Assembly (NCBI GenBank): GCA_937886715.1
Contig: CAKZZD010000020.1
Coordinates: forward strand, 20,591 to 84,590
Reading direction: 5' to 3'
Length of the DNA: 64,000 bases
Source: an uncultured Bacteroidales bacterium
Lineage (GTDB): Bacteria > Bacteroidota > Bacteroidia > Bacteroidales > P3
Shown: one piece after another, positions 62,373 through 64,000 of the stretch
How positions within the stretch are numbered: position 1 is the first letter of the stretch
Layout of the letters: each line of letters begins with the position of its first letter
Position numbers and translations under genes: made by a program
Notes under the pieces: generated by a model
The model's database searches: none
The model's input: the letters and a program-made list of their open reading frames with translations, nothing else
Told to the model about the DNA's origin: nothing

Positions 62373-63719
62373 TTAAATATTATACCGTTTCAGTTTGGCA
62401 TAGAGCGTGGGGCGGCTGATGCCCAGCTCTTTGGCCACCAATGAGAGATTGCCTCCCAGGCGTTGCAACGCGGCGCGGATGGTCTGCTCTTCGGCATCTT
62501 CCAAGGGCGTGGCTGCGGTAGAGGCGCTTGTGGAGCTGATTTCCAGGTCGCCGGGTTCCAGCGGGTCGTCGTCGCACAGGATGACGGCCCGTTCGATGAC
62601 GTTCTGCAGTTCCCTCACGTTGCCGCTCCATCGCTGCTGCTGCAACTTTTCGATGGCGGCAGGCGAAAGTCCCTTGACCTGACGGTGGTAGCGCTCCGCA
62701 AAAGTGGCGACAAACATCTCGGCCAGCGGCTGCAGGTCCTCCCTTCGCTCGCGAAGTGGGGGAATGTGCAGGTGGAACACGTTGATGCGGAAGTAGAGGT
62801 CCTGGCGGAAGGTGCCCTCGCGGACCATCGCCTCGAGGTCGCGGTTGGTGGCGCAGATGAGGCGGATGTCGACGGGCACGGCTTTTTCGCTGCCTACCGG
62901 CACCACCTTTCGCTCCTGCAGTGCGCGCAGCAACTTGGCCTGCAGGTGCAGCGGCAGGTTGCCTATCTCGTCGAGGAAGAGGGTGCCGCCGTCGGCCTGC
63001 TCGAACTTCCCCTTGTGGTCACTGTGGGCATCGGTGAAGGCCCCTTTGACATGACCAAAAAGCTCGCTCTCGAAGAGGCTTTCGGGAATGGCACCGGCAT
63101 CGACGCAGACCAAGGGTTTGTCGCGACGGTTGCTGAGGGCGTGAATCTCGTGCGCCAGCACATCCTTGCCCGTGCCGTTCTCGCCGGTGATGAGCACCGT
63201 GGCATCGGTGGGGGCTACCTTTTCTACGATACGTCGCATCTGGGACATTTGCTGGCTGTTGCCCCAGTAGAAATCGTCGCAATGTCGGTCCACGGGCGTA
63301 CACGGGGGTACGCCCCTACGGGTTTCCATTTTCCGTTTTCCCGCGGCGGCTTCAAGAATGGCCACCAGCTTGTCGTTGTCCCAGGGCTTCACGACGAAGT
63401 CGAATGCTCCGCGTTTCATACCCTCCACAGCGAGGTCGATGTCGGCGTAGGCGGTGAAGAGCACCACCTCGGTGTCAGGCCACCACCGCTTTATCTCGTC
63501 AGTCCAGAAGAGGCCCTCGTTCCCGCTGTTGATGTCAGCATGGAAATTCATGTCTAACAGCACCGCGTCGGGATGCTGTCGCTCCATCGTCGCCGGCAAT
63601 GTGGCTGGCGAAGCAATCAGCTCCACCTCGGCGAAGCGCGGCGTCAGCAGCAGCTGCAACGCCTTGCGGACAGCGGCATTGTCATCAACAACTAATATTT
63701 TGGAAGGGGTCCGTTTCAT
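62373..63719 (-). CDS. Sigma-54-dependent Fis-family response regulator (NtrC-like)
   Basis: It contains KILVVDDN...DMNF (receiver), GENGTGKDVLA and GAFTDA (AAA+ with GAFTGA-like loop), and a C-terminal HTH. The track start at 63740 is TTG; the ATG is at 63719. Confidence 0.9.
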   Translation of the reverse strand: MKRTPSKILVVDDNAAVRKALQLLLTPRFAEVELIASPATLPATMERQHPDAVLLDMNFHADINSGNEGLFWTDEIKRWWPDTEVVLFTAYADIDLAVEGMKRGAFDFVVKPWDNDKLVAILEAAAGKRKMETRRGVPPCTPVDRHCDDFYWGNSQQMSQMRRIVEKVAPTDATVLITGENGTGKDVLAHEIHALSNRRDKPLVCVDAGAIPESLFESELFGHVKGAFTDAHSDHKGKFEQADGGTLFLDEIGNLPLHLQAKLLRALQERKVVPVGSEKAVPVDIRLICATNRDLEAMVREGTFRQDLYFRINVFHLHIPPLRERREDLQPLAEMFVATFAERYHRQVKGLSPAAIEKLQQQRWSGNVRELQNVIERAVILCDDDPLEPGDLEISSTSASTAATPLEDAEEQTIRAALQRLGGNLSLVAKELGISRPTLYAKLKRYNI

Positions 63720-63919
63720 AAAGTCATTGTACTCTTGCAATTGCAGTAGATTAAGAAAATTACATTATTTGGTGCAGAAAAATGTATTCTCGACACACTT
63801 TTCTGCACCAAATTCTGTAATGATAACTCAATAGAGGTGCATTTTATTATTAGGTCACCTGAAAATAGTCGGGACAGTTTCCCGCCCCGACTGGCTTATC
63901 AACCAGGATTCAATTACAA

Positions 63920-64000
63920 TCATTCTTTTTTCAGTTCCGCTGCGGGATTGGTGCGGGCACTACGGATGGTTTGCCAGAGCACAGAGAGGAAGGCGGTAAC
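63920..64000 (-). CDS. C-terminal fragment of an FtsX-like ABC transporter permease (gene continues beyond the right edge)
   Basis: The reverse translation is VTAFLSVLWQTIRSARTNPAAELKKE*, the typical end of FtsX/MacB-type permeases. Confidence 0.55.
   Translation of the reverse strand, partial: VTAFLSVLWQTIRSARTNPAAELKKE

Noticed and set aside
62463-63557. 364-aa + strand ORF
   Set aside because: It is antisense to the sigma-54 response regulator, which has clear receiver, AAA+ and HTH motifs.

Overview
High-GC, Bacteroidales-style chromosome segment. The taxon call is inferred from the UpxY gene, TAnnTTTG promoter boxes and lipoprotein-rich content. All protein families are assigned by reading motifs in the translations, and GC shifts are judged by eye; nothing was searched. 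Layout: (1) 1-3032, minus-strand wza-wzc pair, with wzc running off the left edge. (2) 3371-5763, a translationally coupled P-loop protein plus MutS-domain-V ATPase pair, followed by tRNA-Ser(GGA) and an M49-like zinc lipoprotein. (3) About 7.7-44.7 kb, one long polysaccharide locus with every gene on the + strand. It has a 1.1-kb non-coding leader, then a UpxY antiterminator, initiating sugar transferase, Wzm, gmd/fcl, Wzt with a C-terminal binding domain, an FrhB-like/pyruvyltransferase fusion, about 10 glycosyltransferases including two fucosyltransferase-type enzymes, MBOAT O-acylation genes, two UDP-GlcNAc 2-epimerases, a CapK-like ligase, decayed gene remnants, and a terminal Wza-Wzc pair. 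I recognise no Wzx flippase or clear Wzy polymerase. (4) 44.7-64 kb, conserved housekeeping genes: OmpA-family proteins, two OmpH/Skp, BamA, UppS, pgi, purN, a UDG-family protein, a histidine kinase with a sigma-54 response regulator, and an FtsX-like fragment. The most interesting signals are the hybrid ABC-transporter plus Wza/Wzc architecture under UpxY; an abrupt GC drop inside wzt that coincides with the fused pyruvyltransferase module; two roughly 450-bp inverted-repeat-bounded cassettes, each carrying a degenerate GxxExxY gene; the same inverted repeat recurring as empty hairpins at module junctions; a 26-bp perfect palindrome in the wza divergent promoter region; and a (YG)15 tail on Wzc.
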